Of a DNA stretch of 64,000 nt, positions 13,576 through 25,620 are shown piece after piece. The stretch is from Callorhinchus milii. Taxonomy: Eukaryota. The stretch's first letter is position 1. Every line of letters starts with the position of its first letter. The stretch is taken from positions 128,032,001 through 128,096,000 of the forward strand of contig NW_024704742.1 in the NCBI RefSeq assembly GCF_018977255.1. Reading direction: 5' to 3'. Position numbers and translations under genes: made by a program. The notes beneath the pieces are model-generated. The model searched no databases, had not been told where the DNA came from, and worked only from the letters and a program-made list of their open reading frames with translations.

Positions 13576-14289
13576 AAGTCTTCTGTCTATAGGTAAACCA
13601 TGTGGGGTGAGCAAACAAATCTCAAAATCTTGAATCACATCAAGTACCTTTTGAAATTGATTACATCAGAAAAAAACATTTGCTGAGTGGCCATCTAGCT
13701 TTTAAGAAAGGACATATTGGAAAGTCTTTGTTTGTAGTTTGTATTTCCGTGACTTTCCAGCATGCATTTGCACTGGTTGGCTGTGAAAGGCTGCACTATC
13801 ACTCACTGATGCATCAGAAATGTGTGGAAGTGCATGTGGCATTGATCTTGTTTTGTATGTGAGGTGATATAATGATCAGCAAACAGCCACAGGCAAATAT
13901 AAGAAGGAAGATGCCTCATGGATTTGACCCTAGTGGTTGCTGAGAACATAAAAAGACATAGAACAATGATACTCTGTAGAGAGTGATGTTACCAGCAGAG
14001 AGTACGTTAATTTTGATGACATCCACCGGGTCTCCAATGAAGATGAGAAGTAGTGTACACGCTCCCCTGAGGCAGTCTATAATGATGTTGTGAAAAGAAA
14101 GCCAATGTCCATTTTTCCATTTGTAGACTTCCAAGACTTTATATTATCAGTTCACTAGATGAAGCACAAGAGTCCATCTTTTCAGTAAATCTGGAGAGCC
14201 TTTGCCATCAAATTCTGTGTTGAAGGCTCCTATTTCAACATAGCTGAGCATCAGAAAATGTTTCAGTCACTGGGGCTGGGATTCTTCCC

Positions 14290-14555
14290 ATTCAGCTCCT
14301 GTTAAACCTACAAATCAAAGCCCTAACAGGGAAGGTTATCCCTTATTCCAGCTGGACAAGCAGTGGGAAGCTTTCCAGAAAGCGCTTATAATGCAAGCTG
14401 TGTAGTTTTAGCTGGTTAAACTCCAGCAGGACTCCAACCCATTCTCTGGGGCCCGAAGCCTTGCTCTTACCAACATGCACCTAATCCTCTCCAGTATTAT
14501 GTAAGCATGGTGTGTTCCTCCAGGGAGAGAGTGTGCATTCTATTCTAGAAGTGTG
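14290..14555. repeat. Copy of unclassified old dispersed repeat
   Basis: Reverse complement of 26730-26990 (CCAGGGAGAGAGTGTGCATTCTATTC; CTGGTTAAACTCCAGC). Confidence 0.75.
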
Positions 14556-15257
14556 ATTTATGTTTGTTACCTCATAGTTGTGTTTGTTGTTATTTATCAT
14601 GTCGTTTAAGATTTAATGTCGAGGGTTGTAGATTTCATTGAAGCTACAATAAAATTCTGTTGAGCTAACTTAACCGTGCTTTCTCGAGCTTTCTTCTTAA
14701 ATCAAGGATTACACAAACAGGTCCAGCCTAGGTCACAGAGGTGTAAAATAAACCTCTGAGTGACTGAAGCTTCCTAATTTCCTTTAATTTAAATAGCAAT
14801 TGGTAGTACCTGTCATCATGGAAGAACTCATTATTAAGTTACACCTAGCTATAGGGACTTGCATTTATTAGTGAGGATTGAACACAGAGGCCACCCAAGA
14901 CACTGCGAGGGAAACTGAGCCATATGGTAAATTATGGATTATATGAATATATGGACAGTACCACAAAAAAGCATGGAGGAAATCGAATAGAGGGATTTAA
15001 AGGTTGACTGTCTGTCCTCGCTATGCACAATGCAGGCCACACGGAAATCTGATTTCCCAGACTAGGGATTTGATCCCAGTGGGTTTGAAAACAAAAGTGA
15101 TGCAGCACACTTTCAGAGATTGTTTAATATCAATGTTTCCAATTATCCTTCATTATATGGACCTGTCACGGTACAAAGCATTAAAATCAAAAGTGAGTGC
15201 CTCTGTACCTCTCTTATGCAACTGAAAGACCTGATAATGTTAACATTCCATGTATTT

Positions 15258-15615
15258 AGTCTGTAGTTCAGTAGTTAGAAAACTCGCCTCGCAAGCGAGA
15301 GACTTCAGCTCTATTCCCGGCAGGGTGAAATGTTGGGCAAGTTTCCTTACTCCCCATGCCTCTGTTTACCTAGCAGTAAGTAGGAACCCAGTTGTTAGTC
15401 GATTGGTGGATCGCTTTTTCGGGATAAGAATCCTTCAAAAAAANTTTGGTCACTCAATCAATGATTTTTATGGGGCACTGCTGTGCACAATTGGCTGCCG
15501 TGTTTTGCCTACAAATTTACAATCAACTCACTTTACAGTATATTCTGTGAAGCGCTTTCAGATGTCTCAAAGATATGAAAAGCACTATATCAAATGCAAG
15601 GATTATTATTATTAT
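15258..15615 (+). mobile_element. tRNA-Ala SINE, long subfamily
   Basis: CTCGCCTCGCAAGCGAG head, full body, (TTA)n tail. Confidence 0.9.
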
Positions 15616-15964
15616 ATCGTAGGTGTACATATAAGGGTGATAGAACCATCTCACTACATTTCCATGTTTATGTGGCTACATATGTGGAACTCTCAGGTTG
15701 GCTTAGGCATATAAGCATGTGTCCATGAGCCCTAACTCCAGGTAATACTTCCAACAGCTGTATCAGCACAGCATGCAGGCATCAGAGTTTCCCTATTAGA
15801 TGTTTGATGCACATCTACCTTTAATAAGATAGACCTACAGGACAACCTGTTATGTGCCGACCACATTGATGTTCTAGAGGTCCAAATCCAATGTTGGATA
15901 CCAGCGTTAAGCAACACCAACTGCTTCACTGAAATCCTCATGTGAGGGGTTTTGGCAAAGAGAT

Positions 15965-16460
15965 ATAATAATAATCCTTGCATTTGATATAATGCCTTAT
16001 CATGTTGTTGAGATGTCTCAAAGCGCTTCACAGAATGTATTGTAAAGTGCAGAGGACTGTGTATTTTGTGGGCGAAACGTGGCATCCAAATGCACACAGC
16101 TGTGTCCCGCAAACCGTCGTGTATTCAGTGAACAAATTATATTTATTCTTATTTATTTTTTNGAAGGGATTATTACCCCCCAAAACTGACCCGTCAATTG
16201 ACCAACATCCAGGTGTCTACTTACTGCTAGGTAAACAGAGTATGAAGTAAGGAATAAAAACAGAAGTCGCTAGGAACACGCACCAGGTCATCTATGGAGA
16301 GAGGAAAATTAATTAATGTTTCAGGTCGATGACTTTTCGTCAGAACTGGGGGATGTTGGAAGGGTGTGAAATAAGGAAACTTGCCTAAGGTTTTGCTTTG
16401 TTCGGGACTCAAACCCAGGTCCTCTCCCTTGCAAGACAAGTGCTCTAACCAATACACTAC
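15965..16460 (-). mobile_element. tRNA-Ala SINE, long subfamily, interrupted by a 117-bp insert
   Basis: SINE motif GTAAGGAAACTTGCC is split, with TAAGGAA duplicated at 16248-16254 and 16372-16378. Confidence 0.88.
16255..16371 (-). mobile_element. Penelope-like terminal-repeat fragment with hammerhead-like core
   Basis: 7-bp TSD; minus strand reads CTGACGA-AAAGTC-ATC-GACCT-GAAAC; related copy at 57325-57415. Confidence 0.65.
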
Positions 16461-17136
16461 CGTGAGCGGAGGAGGTGGCTGTTTGTGGAGAAGGGAGGCC
16501 TGGTATTATGCTTGTTTTCCAGGACGATCCTGGAGATTTGGTCCAAGACAAGGGAGCAATGGCAAAGTTTGCTGTGGTTCAGCTAGACCTAACGATGGAC
16601 CCTGAAGGCAGAATTGAGCCACGTGCACTCTGATGCAAAACTTAACAAAAACACGGAGTTATCAAGAGAATAATAGCCGTTGTAAATTTTATCTGTGTGC
16701 TTTGGGACCATTACAGTTTTTATGAGATACAATCAACACCAAAAAGTACTTTTATGACTGGTGAAGATTACCAAGTCAAATACATGTTAACCATTAAAAG
16801 CTGTAAAGTTGCACCTTATAGTCAAAGTCCAGTACGCTTTTCAAAGCAATATAGTATCCTATTGTGCCTGGTCGTTAAGTTGTTATGCAATGATCATGTG
16901 TGTGTTTCCCTGTAACATATAAATCGAGGTAGCATCTGCTTTTTGTAGTTCTTGTCAACCTTTCAATCGTGAGAAGAGTCTCAACTCAGACTATTTGTAA
17001 GAAAATGAGTAAAGTGATATCAATGCACGATTACTGAATTAATAATGAATTAACAAACCCTTCTTTAAAGTGTTCAGTGTGTTCCGTGCGTACAAGATTT
17101 GCAAGCCATTGGAACAGAGTAGCGGTGAGTTGAGTA

Positions 17137-17456
17137 GTGGAATCCTGTAACATATTGGTTGGAGTACTCGCCTCACAAGTGAGAGGACCTGGGTTCAATT
17201 CGCGGGCAGGGTGAAACCTTAGACAAGTTTCCTTATTCCTCTGTTCACCAAACAGTAACTAGAACGATTGGCGGATCGCTTATTCGGGAGTAATAATCCC
17301 TCAAGAAAAATAATGACTTGGTCAAACTATGACACTACTGTGTGCAATCTACCGTGCTTTGCCCATACGCTTTACAGTATATTCTGTGAAATGCTTTGAG
17401 ACGTCTTGAAGACGTGCAAAGGCGCTATGTCAAATGCAAGGACTATTAGTATTATA
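17137..17456 (+). mobile_element. tRNA-Ala SINE, long subfamily with internal deletions
   Basis: Head GGAATCCTGTAAC...GGGTTCAATTC and tail AAATGCAAGGACTATTAG. Confidence 0.85.
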
Positions 17457-17899
17457 ATAACAGAGTACAGCACATGTTTCAATGCATTTGAAATGTTTTT
17501 AAAAGTGGGAAAATGCAGCTGTGTACTACACTTTTTACAGAGGCAAATGGTGTAAGCAATGGAAGGTGTGATAGTCACTCAGCTCTTTATGGAAAGAGAC
17601 AAATACAGCCTTTTGGAGCTTAAAGGCCAGCTCTTTCCTCAAGCACTGCAGGAAGGTGACGGCCTTGGATGAGGAGGCTGATTCTGGAAGTCTCCAAAGA
17701 CGTCTGGAAAAGTTAGATTAAAAAANCATTAAAAGTAAATAGTGTGCTTTTGAAACATCTTCTACTTCAAATGGGTGATGTCATCATTCCATTCCCGGTT
17801 CTCATCATGTGATTTCAATCTGTGCGGTTTGCAAAGGGATTTATAAATAATATTCTTTACATTTGGTGTGACACCTTTTATGCAGTAGGTGGGGGTTGT

Positions 17900-18165
17900 C
17901 TTAAAGCACGTCGCAGGATTCACTGAAAAGTGTAGGAACTGCATTTGTAGGCAAACTCGGGAGCCCATTTGCACACTGTTATGCTCCACAAACAGCCGTG
18001 AGGTGAATGACCAATTTTATTTTGTGGTGTCTCCAACAATGCAGCACCCCCCCAGCGCTGTGTTGGAGTGTCAGTGAAGATTAAATGATTTTGAAGTCCC
18101 AATAAAGGTCTTGCACCCACAATGTACGGACTCAGAGGTGAGAATGCTAACTCAAGATGTCACAC
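17900..18165 (-). mobile_element. Old Deu-domain SINE, internally deleted
   Basis: CACAAACAGCCGTGAGGTGAATGACCAA ... CTTGCACCCACAA ... ACTCAGAGGTGAGAATGCTA matches other DeuSINE copies. Confidence 0.65.
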
Positions 18166-18312
18166 TAATCACGTGCATTCATATTCAAATCTAGACATAT
18201 GGACGATGTAGTACAGAGGTTAGCACCTGTGGCTTTTAACTCTTAACTTTAAACAAGGTACTAGACGGGTTCACAGTACTCCAGGGCACTGCTGATGACA
18301 GACCAGCAGGAT

Positions 18313-18631
18313 ATAATAATAATAATAATAATCCTTGCATTTGATATAGCGCTTTTCACGTCTTCTAGACGTCTCAAAGCGCTTCACAGAATATACTGTA
18401 AAGTGAATTGACTGTATATTTGTGGGCGAACGCGGCAGCCAATTGCGCACAGCAGCATCCCACAAACAGTCGTAGATTAAAAATGACCAATTTATTATTG
18501 TTTTGTTTTGGAGGGTTTATTATTAGGCGTGTGGAGTAAGGAAACTTGCCCAAGGTTTCGCCCTGACTGGAATTGAACTCAGGTCTCTCGCTTGCAAAGT
18601 GAGTGCTCTAACCACTGAGCTACAGGACTCC
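18313..18631 (-). mobile_element. tRNA-Ala SINE, short subfamily
   Basis: Junction TATTATTAGGCGTGTGGAG (central block absent); tail stem-loop has loop TAGAA. Confidence 0.92.
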
Positions 18632-20854
18632 TATGGAGGGGCAGACCAGTTACTGGGAGATCCTTCCCACTCAACTCCTGTTAATTCTGCAAGCCAAAGC
18701 CCCAACAAGCAATGTTGGGGCATTGTCCTAGCTCTCAAAGGTAAGCTACACCATTTTAGTTGGTTATACTGCAGCTGGTATCCCAACTCACTCTCTGGGC
18801 TCCTCAAGCCTTAACTCTTTCTAATCTATATCTAATTAGGTAACTAGGGTGTTTCCCTCGAGGGAACAAGTGTTTATGCCATTATTATTATTGTTATTAA
18901 TAATAATAATAATATTCCTTGAATTTGATATCACATTGTCAAGACATCTTTAAAGCACTTCGCTGTGCACTTAATTGTGAAGTAAGAAAATAAATGTTTG
19001 GATTTAAAGAGGATGAACTATCACTGCTAGATATGAAAAACAGAGCCTTTTGAGAAAAAAACTAGATAGTCACACACAAAAGTTTAATGGAAATCCATAA
19101 ATGTTAACTTCTTTAGACATGGAAAGTACCAGAGCTTATTTGGAGATGTCCAACCTGATAACAAATGAATCACCAACCTTTAAAGAATAGAGCTCCAGAG
19201 ATTGGCAAGAAAACCCAAAGGAAAGTTTATTTTAGCAAACTTCATTGACAATCAGTGGGGGGAGGAGGGAGGGTGAGGACGGAACTTTCAAAGTGATGGA
19301 TAAATTGACCACAGCTTCTTTCATGGCAGGAAACATCTTTGAGTGTATGATTTAAAAATCTGATTATTTAAATAGAAAGAATTATATTTAAATTGATTTC
19401 AATCATTTCCTTTAAGAATATAGTAAGTGTGACGACCACAAGATGCAGAAACAGATTAACATCATAATGGAAGTGTTTAGTAATATAGCAAATTATTTGA
19501 TGACAACCATAAAGATAAACAGTCACTTCTATTTCTGTGAGTGTCAAAACGGAAGTGCTCCAGTGCATGTTTTTTGGTTATTTCTGCTTTAATCTTGTTT
19601 TCAATGAGAAAGTTCTTCAGGGGCATTTTTATTTAGTGCTTTAAGTCTTTCTCAGCTTCAAACTCCACTTCAGTCAAAGTTTCCTAGTTGAGATCACTGC
19701 TTAAAAATCTCTCAGTAAAAGTCTCTCAGTATTCATTAGCATTCCTGAGTGGTGAGTTGTTAAATTCCAATGCATACCTCTGGCATCTGGCTTCAGTGCA
19801 TACATGTCGTGTGTTACTGGCCCTGAATTAAGTCATGCACGTTCTTTTCCACAGGTTCTCTGGGGGACTGCCTGCGTTGACCAGTTCTGAATTAGGTATT
19901 GACTGCTCTTTTACGCAGGATCTCTAACATAACATAAGAATTTGCTGGGCGAAAGACATGTCATGTCCCAAACTATATATTGTATCCAGAGATATTACTT
20001 CCCAACTGTAATCTATCTAATTTGTTTGAATTGACTATGTTAGTGGCTGCCACCATATAGTTTCTGTTGTGGATGCATAAAATGTGGATCTGTGTTTTTG
20101 GATTGTTTTGCCTTAATATTTGCCAGAGGAACCTTTTTCCATTGTTTTGCATTAACTCAGTGAATGAGTTCAAAGAGCTTTCCACAGATGTTCAGGGTTA
20201 GCTCTGCATATGCTTGCTCGCTTCTTTTGGTGGATGTGCTTTTCTCCTTCCTGATCTTCTCTATTTCTAATCTTGAAATAGCAAGTCTGGGCTATTATTC
20301 CTTCATTGTTTACTGTTCAAAATCTCCTGAGAGGTGCTATTCATTTTGCTGTGTGAGTGTAATTGGTTTTAGTAAATGGAGTTTTGATCATGCATGTATT
20401 TATGAATGCTTCCTCCACCTGTCTCTCGTTATCATCCCCTTCCTCTGGCAACTGTTTTTGCTTCTGTTGTGTTTATTGTATATCCTGTTAGAACAAGGCA
20501 CTTTCTCCTCCTCATGAGCACCAAACATCTATGGAAACAAAATGTTGTGCCAATTAACTTTAGGGTGACTTAATGCTCAAGAAGAGGAGAAGCATAAACT
20601 GGGAAATTACAGTTGGTTAGGCTCACGCTGGGTGTGTTAATAAAATGTGTTAACTATTGATGATGCTCCTTCATTAAGAATTTCACAATCCTGAAAAAGC
20701 TAATGATTTACTTGACTCTGAGGATGGTTGAGGTCAAGATGCTGGACTCATTTAAGAAGCAGCAGGAGACAGTAATGGAAATAGGATTGTTTCCTTCTGG
20801 AAGGATGAGATTGAATGATCCAAAGGGCTTTCTTCATTTCAAACGACTCCTATA

Positions 20855-21196
20855 GTAGTCCTGTAGCATAGTGATTGGCTCGCTCTCCTAGCAAGCGAGA
20901 GGACCCAGATTCGATTCCTGGGTAAATTTCCTCAGGCAAGTTTCCTTCACAGGCCTCGGTTTACCTAGTGGTAAAGTTGGTTGTTAGTCGATTGGTGAAT
21001 TGCTTTCCAGGGGTAATAATCGCTTAAAAAAAAATAATAATTTGGTCACTCAATCCATGTATGTTTGTAGGCCACTGCTGTGCACAATTGGCTACTGAGT
21101 TTCACTTGCAAAATATACAGTCATTTCACTTTACAGTATATTCTGTGAAGCGCTTTGAGACTTCTCAACGATGTGCAAGGATTATGATTATTATTA
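20855..21196 (+). mobile_element. tRNA-Ala SINE, long subfamily
   Basis: AGTCCTGTAGCATAGTG head to GCAAGGATTATGATTATTA tail. Confidence 0.85.
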
Positions 21197-21621
21197 AAAC
21201 GTCTGTGAATACAGCTGTTCAGTTCTGAATTGTTGGTGAGAATGATTGTCAGGTGAGTCCAGCAAGTCTGAGGGCGCCACAAGTGGCTTTGCTCAATCCA
21301 TTTTTGACAAAGTTGGGGGGAAGGTGATGGTGAACAGTTCCAGCCCCCGTGGGCAGGCACCGATGGGGCAGAATGTTCTGCGATTGCAAGAATTATCACC
21401 ATCAATTATTATCACGTCGCTTTTTGAAATTTTCACACTGATACACCATCTGCTGTCTCCACAGAGTGCACCTGCCGGATTGCAGAAAGACCCGGGAACC
21501 TTCAGAACCCATTGTTGATGCTTGTACCAGCACAGATACATACACGGTAGGAGATGTCAGGATTGCCATGGAAGCACAATGTGAGGCATTAAATAGGTTT
21601 GAGAAAGGATCAATGGGAATG

Positions 21622-21995
21622 ATAATAATAATCCTTATATTTGATATCGCACCTTTCACATTGGAAGGAAGTCTCAAAATGCTTCACAGGATATACTGTT
21701 TTGACCACAAAATATATGGTTAATTCACATTACAGTATATTTTATTAAGTGGTTTGAGACTCTCGAAGACTTGATAAGGCGCTATATCAAATGCAAGGAT
21801 TATTCTAATCTGTTGCTGTTGTTATTTCCTGATCTTTTACTAATAAAATAATAATAATCATCTATATATCAAATGCAAGGATTATTATTATTAATACTGT
21901 AAAGTGTTGTGACTGTGCTTTTTGTTGGTGAAAGGAGGCAGACAGCTTGTGCAAAGCAATGTCCCCCAAATAGCCATGAAGTAAGTGACTGATAG
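21622..21995. mobile_element. Cluster of SINE 3' fragments in alternating orientation
   Basis: Minus tail 21622-21698, plus tail 21700-21806, plus tail remnant near 21865-21893, minus body 21894-21995. Confidence 0.7.
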
Positions 21996-22808
21996 GTACA
22001 GAATGCAGGCCAGATGGTTGCTTACACATCTGAGCTGTATAGGTATACAGACCTCAATGGGTTTACTTTTTCATTGGAGTCTGGCAGAGCATGGACATTA
22101 AAGCCTAATCTCCACTCTAATATACATTGTTCACCTTCTACTCACAATGTTTCATCTTCATTATCCTCACTATGTCCACCTCTGACCTGGAGCTATCCAT
22201 TCACCTTTCAGTTTTGTCAACTGAGGAATGCTCCATTAGTGACCTCTCGCAAAGGCATTAGCAGGCTAGTTTAGCCTTTTCTAGCAACAGTATTGTTTTT
22301 TACTCTGGTCTCGGATGAGTAGAATGCATGTTAAATACCACCAAACACCCCCCCATAACATTAAACATCTGTTCGCATGACCTCTTAACACTCTTCTCCC
22401 TGTATGCGCATGTCTGCATTCCCTCTAAAATTAATGAGCACAAGAATGTCTGAAACGTCCAAAATGTGGGTGTGGGCAAAGCAAGCACTTAAGTGTTGAA
22501 AAGCAGACTCCCCTTCATTGCTTTTCCATGTTTGTTTTGATTCATTGATGAAATAGCAGTAAACATGATACAGAGGAACGTCTTATTCTGTTGTACATTA
22601 TACAGATTTCATCCATTTCCTCCCTGAATCTGGAAGGAAAACGCAAATTATCTACTTCATTTTACTTTAGAATTTCAATTTTTGATTTGTGAACAGTTAT
22701 AGGTGGGTCCCTGGAGCATCATTTCTCTTCTCTTGGCTCCTTTGCAATTGGAAGAAATATTTCTGTTTGGACTTGCTATTATTTCTCCTGGATGTGTGTA
22801 GATAATAT

Positions 22809-23195
22809 ATAATAATAATCCTTGCATTTGATATAGAGCCTTATCACATCTTCGAGATGTCTCCAAGCGCTTCACAGATTATACTACAATGTGAATTTAC
22901 ATCTTGTATAATTTGTGGGCGAAACACAACAGCCAATTGCACACAGTAGTGTCCCATAAACAGTCATGGATTGAATGACCAAATTATATTCATTATTTTT
23001 TAATTTATTTATTTTTATTCTGAAGGGATTATTACCTGCGGAAAACTGATCTGCCAATTGCTAACAACTGGGTTCCTACTTACTGCTAGGCAAACAGAGA
23101 CGTGTGGAGTAAGGAAACGTGCCTAATGTTTTGTCCTGCCCAGGTCCTCTCGTTTACGAGACAAGTGCTTTAACCACTAAGCTACAGGACTCCAC
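22809..23195 (-). mobile_element. tRNA-Ala SINE, long subfamily
   Basis: Tail (TAA)nTCCTTGCATTTGATAT to head GCTACAGGACTCCAC. Confidence 0.9.
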
Positions 23196-24558
23196 AGGAA
23201 GAGGGAGGAAAGGCCTGAAGGAAGAATATAAAAGGGTGGTGAGGGGGGTGGGGGAAGGGAAGGAAATCCCGCCTCATCTCCAAGCCAATAGAGGACTTTC
23301 TCTTTCACTGAAATGAGATACTGAATGCTTTGTTAGCAGTAAGGTTGCTGAGTTTCCCAAATCTATAGCTATGGTACCACAAGGCCAAAAATAATTTCCA
23401 CACTTGAAAATGAGTGATTGCTGTATAAACATAATACTTTGCTGACAGGTAGACTTAAGCAGGCTGATGGAAACATGTACATCACTGGAAAAATGATTAT
23501 AGCTCAAATATTTCTTTTTACAGGACGTGAACTGTGCGGTGTATTACTTGAACCAAATAATTTGAGCGCATGAGGTTTGCACCCATATTAATGATGTCAA
23601 GGTTAATATCTCCGTCTTGAACATCTACAAATATTTTAACAGTCGGATTGCAAGAAAGAAGATTGTGTTTAAGGCTGATATTATAAATGCTTCCTTTTTT
23701 TAAGATCTCTTGTTGCTTCTGAAAATGAAAACACATTCATTGCCAGTGAATGAAAATTGTGGAACAAAAATCAATAGAGTCTTTTCAGACACTATTCTGT
23801 TTTCAAAGAAGCCCATTATATGCATCCACCGGAAAACAGATGTTTGCTGAAAGTGCATTCAAGGGCGAGTTCAAGAACCTGCTCTTTAAAAAACTCTCAT
23901 GGGAATTTTTTGGCCCAATCTCACAGCTTGTAACACAGGGTTTCTACACTATCGAATGTCTTGAGGTCAAGCCCTGGTCACTCAAACTGCAAATATTTAC
24001 AGTCAATCGGTTTCATCAGCAGATTCAGCTACCACAGAGCACATCGTATTCTGAAGTATAATAGAGGTTACCATATCAGCTTGTTCCACCAGTCAGTCTC
24101 TGTTCAATTGCTTCCCATGGGCTCGATGAAAACCCTTAGCTCACAAACAAAAGGGCACTGTAGATAAAGCAGCCTCTGTCTGAGTCTTTGTGATGGTGGG
24201 ATTCTTTTCACAGGTGCTTGGAAATTGCTATTAATAATGTTTGTTATTCCCCCACCCTCCCTCCCAGCAGACAGTCATTTCACCACATAAATAATATGAA
24301 CTGCTTTAGGACAGAATAATGTTCAATTTGATCATTCTGCTGAAAATGTCATGGATAAGCAATAAGGGTTTTCAGGATACATCACGGCTCGTTAAAAGCA
24401 TCTGATGGAAAATATGAATTTGATTCTGACAGTCTGTGCAATGGTGGGGAAGCATGTTTCAGAAAAATCAAATCTTGCGAGATGTAGATATACAGGTGAG
24501 GCCAAATATTTGTGAAATTCTATGGAACATAAGAACATAAGAATTAGAAACAGGAGTA

Positions 24559-24664
24559 ATAATAATAATCCTTGCATTTGATATAGCGCTTTTCACGTCG
24601 GGAGGACGTCCCAAAGCGCTTCACAGAACACACTGTAAAGTGAATTGACTGTATATTTGTGGGC
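24559..24664 (-). mobile_element. Tail-only SINE copy nested in CR1 3' UTR
   Basis: TSD GAGTA at 24554-24558 and 24665-24669. Confidence 0.9.
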
Positions 24665-25302
24665 GAGTAGGCCATTCGGCCCCTTGAGCCTGCCCCGCCA
24701 TTCGATAAGATCATGGCTGATCTTCAGACCTAACTCTAATTACCTGCCCTATCCCCATATCCCCTAATAGCTCTATTTTTAAAAAATCTATCAGTCTCAG
24801 CCTTGAAGATGTTCAAGGACTGAGCGTCTACAGCCTTCTGGGGTAGTGAATTCCATAAATTCACTACCCTCTGAGTGAAGAAATGTTTCCTCAACTCTGT
24901 TCTAAAAGGCTGACCTTTAATTTTAAGACGGTGACCCCTGGTTATAGATTCTCCTACCAGGGGAAACAGACCCTCAGTGTCTACTTTATCCAGCTCTTTA
25001 AGAATCTTATATGTTTCAACAAGATCTCCCCTAATTCTTCTGTACTTTAGAGAATATAGCCCTAGTTTATTCAGCCTATCCTCATAGGTCAGTTTCCTCA
25101 TCCCAGGAACTAACCGAGTGAATCTACGCTGTACCCCCTCCAGGGCAAGTATGTCCTTTTTTTAAATAAGGAGACCAAAACTGCACACAATACTCTAGGT
25201 GCGGTCTCACCAAGGCCCTATACAGTTGCAGCAAGACTTCCCTACTCTTGTACTCTAAACCTTTTGTAATGAACGCTAACATGCCGCTCACCTTCTTACT
25301 TC

Positions 25303-25620
25303 GTGGAGTCCTGTAGCTCAGTGGTTAGAGCACTTGCTTTGCAAGCGAGACCTGAGTTCAATTCCAGGCAGGGCGAAACCTTTGGCAAGTTTCCTTACTC
25401 CACATGCCTAATAATAATCCCTCCAAAAAACCAAAACAATAATAAATTGGTCATTTTCAATCCATGACTGTTTGTGGGACATTGCTGTGCGCAATTGGCT
25501 GCCGCGTTCGCCCACAAATATACAGTCAATTCACTTTACAGTGTGTTCTGTGAAGCGCTTTGGGACGTCCTCCCGACGTGAAAAGCGCTATATCAAATGC
25601 AAGGATTATTATTATTATTT
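25303..25620 (+). mobile_element. tRNA-Ala SINE, short subfamily, nested in CR1 ORF2
   Basis: TSD TTACTT at 25296-25301 and 25622-25627; tail loop CTCCC. Confidence 0.93.

Noticed and set aside
13860..14270. Coding-looking purine-rich stretch (SVESDVTSREYVNFDDIHRVSNEDEK)
   Set aside because: Stops in all frames examined, no convincing splice pair and no recognised motif.
15444..15444. Isolated N bases (also 16162 and 17726)
   Set aside because: They lie at homopolymer ends and are sequencing ambiguities, not biology.
15250..15714. Recurring short ORFs ending ...KCKDYYYY or MQGLLLLL as a peptide family
   Set aside because: These are translations of the SINE tail and (TTA)n repeat.
25303..25375. 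tRNA-Ala-like sequences (GTCCTGTAGCTCAGTGGTTAGAGC...GTTCAATTCC) as real tRNA genes
   Set aside because: No clean acceptor stem or terminator; every copy continues into the SINE body.
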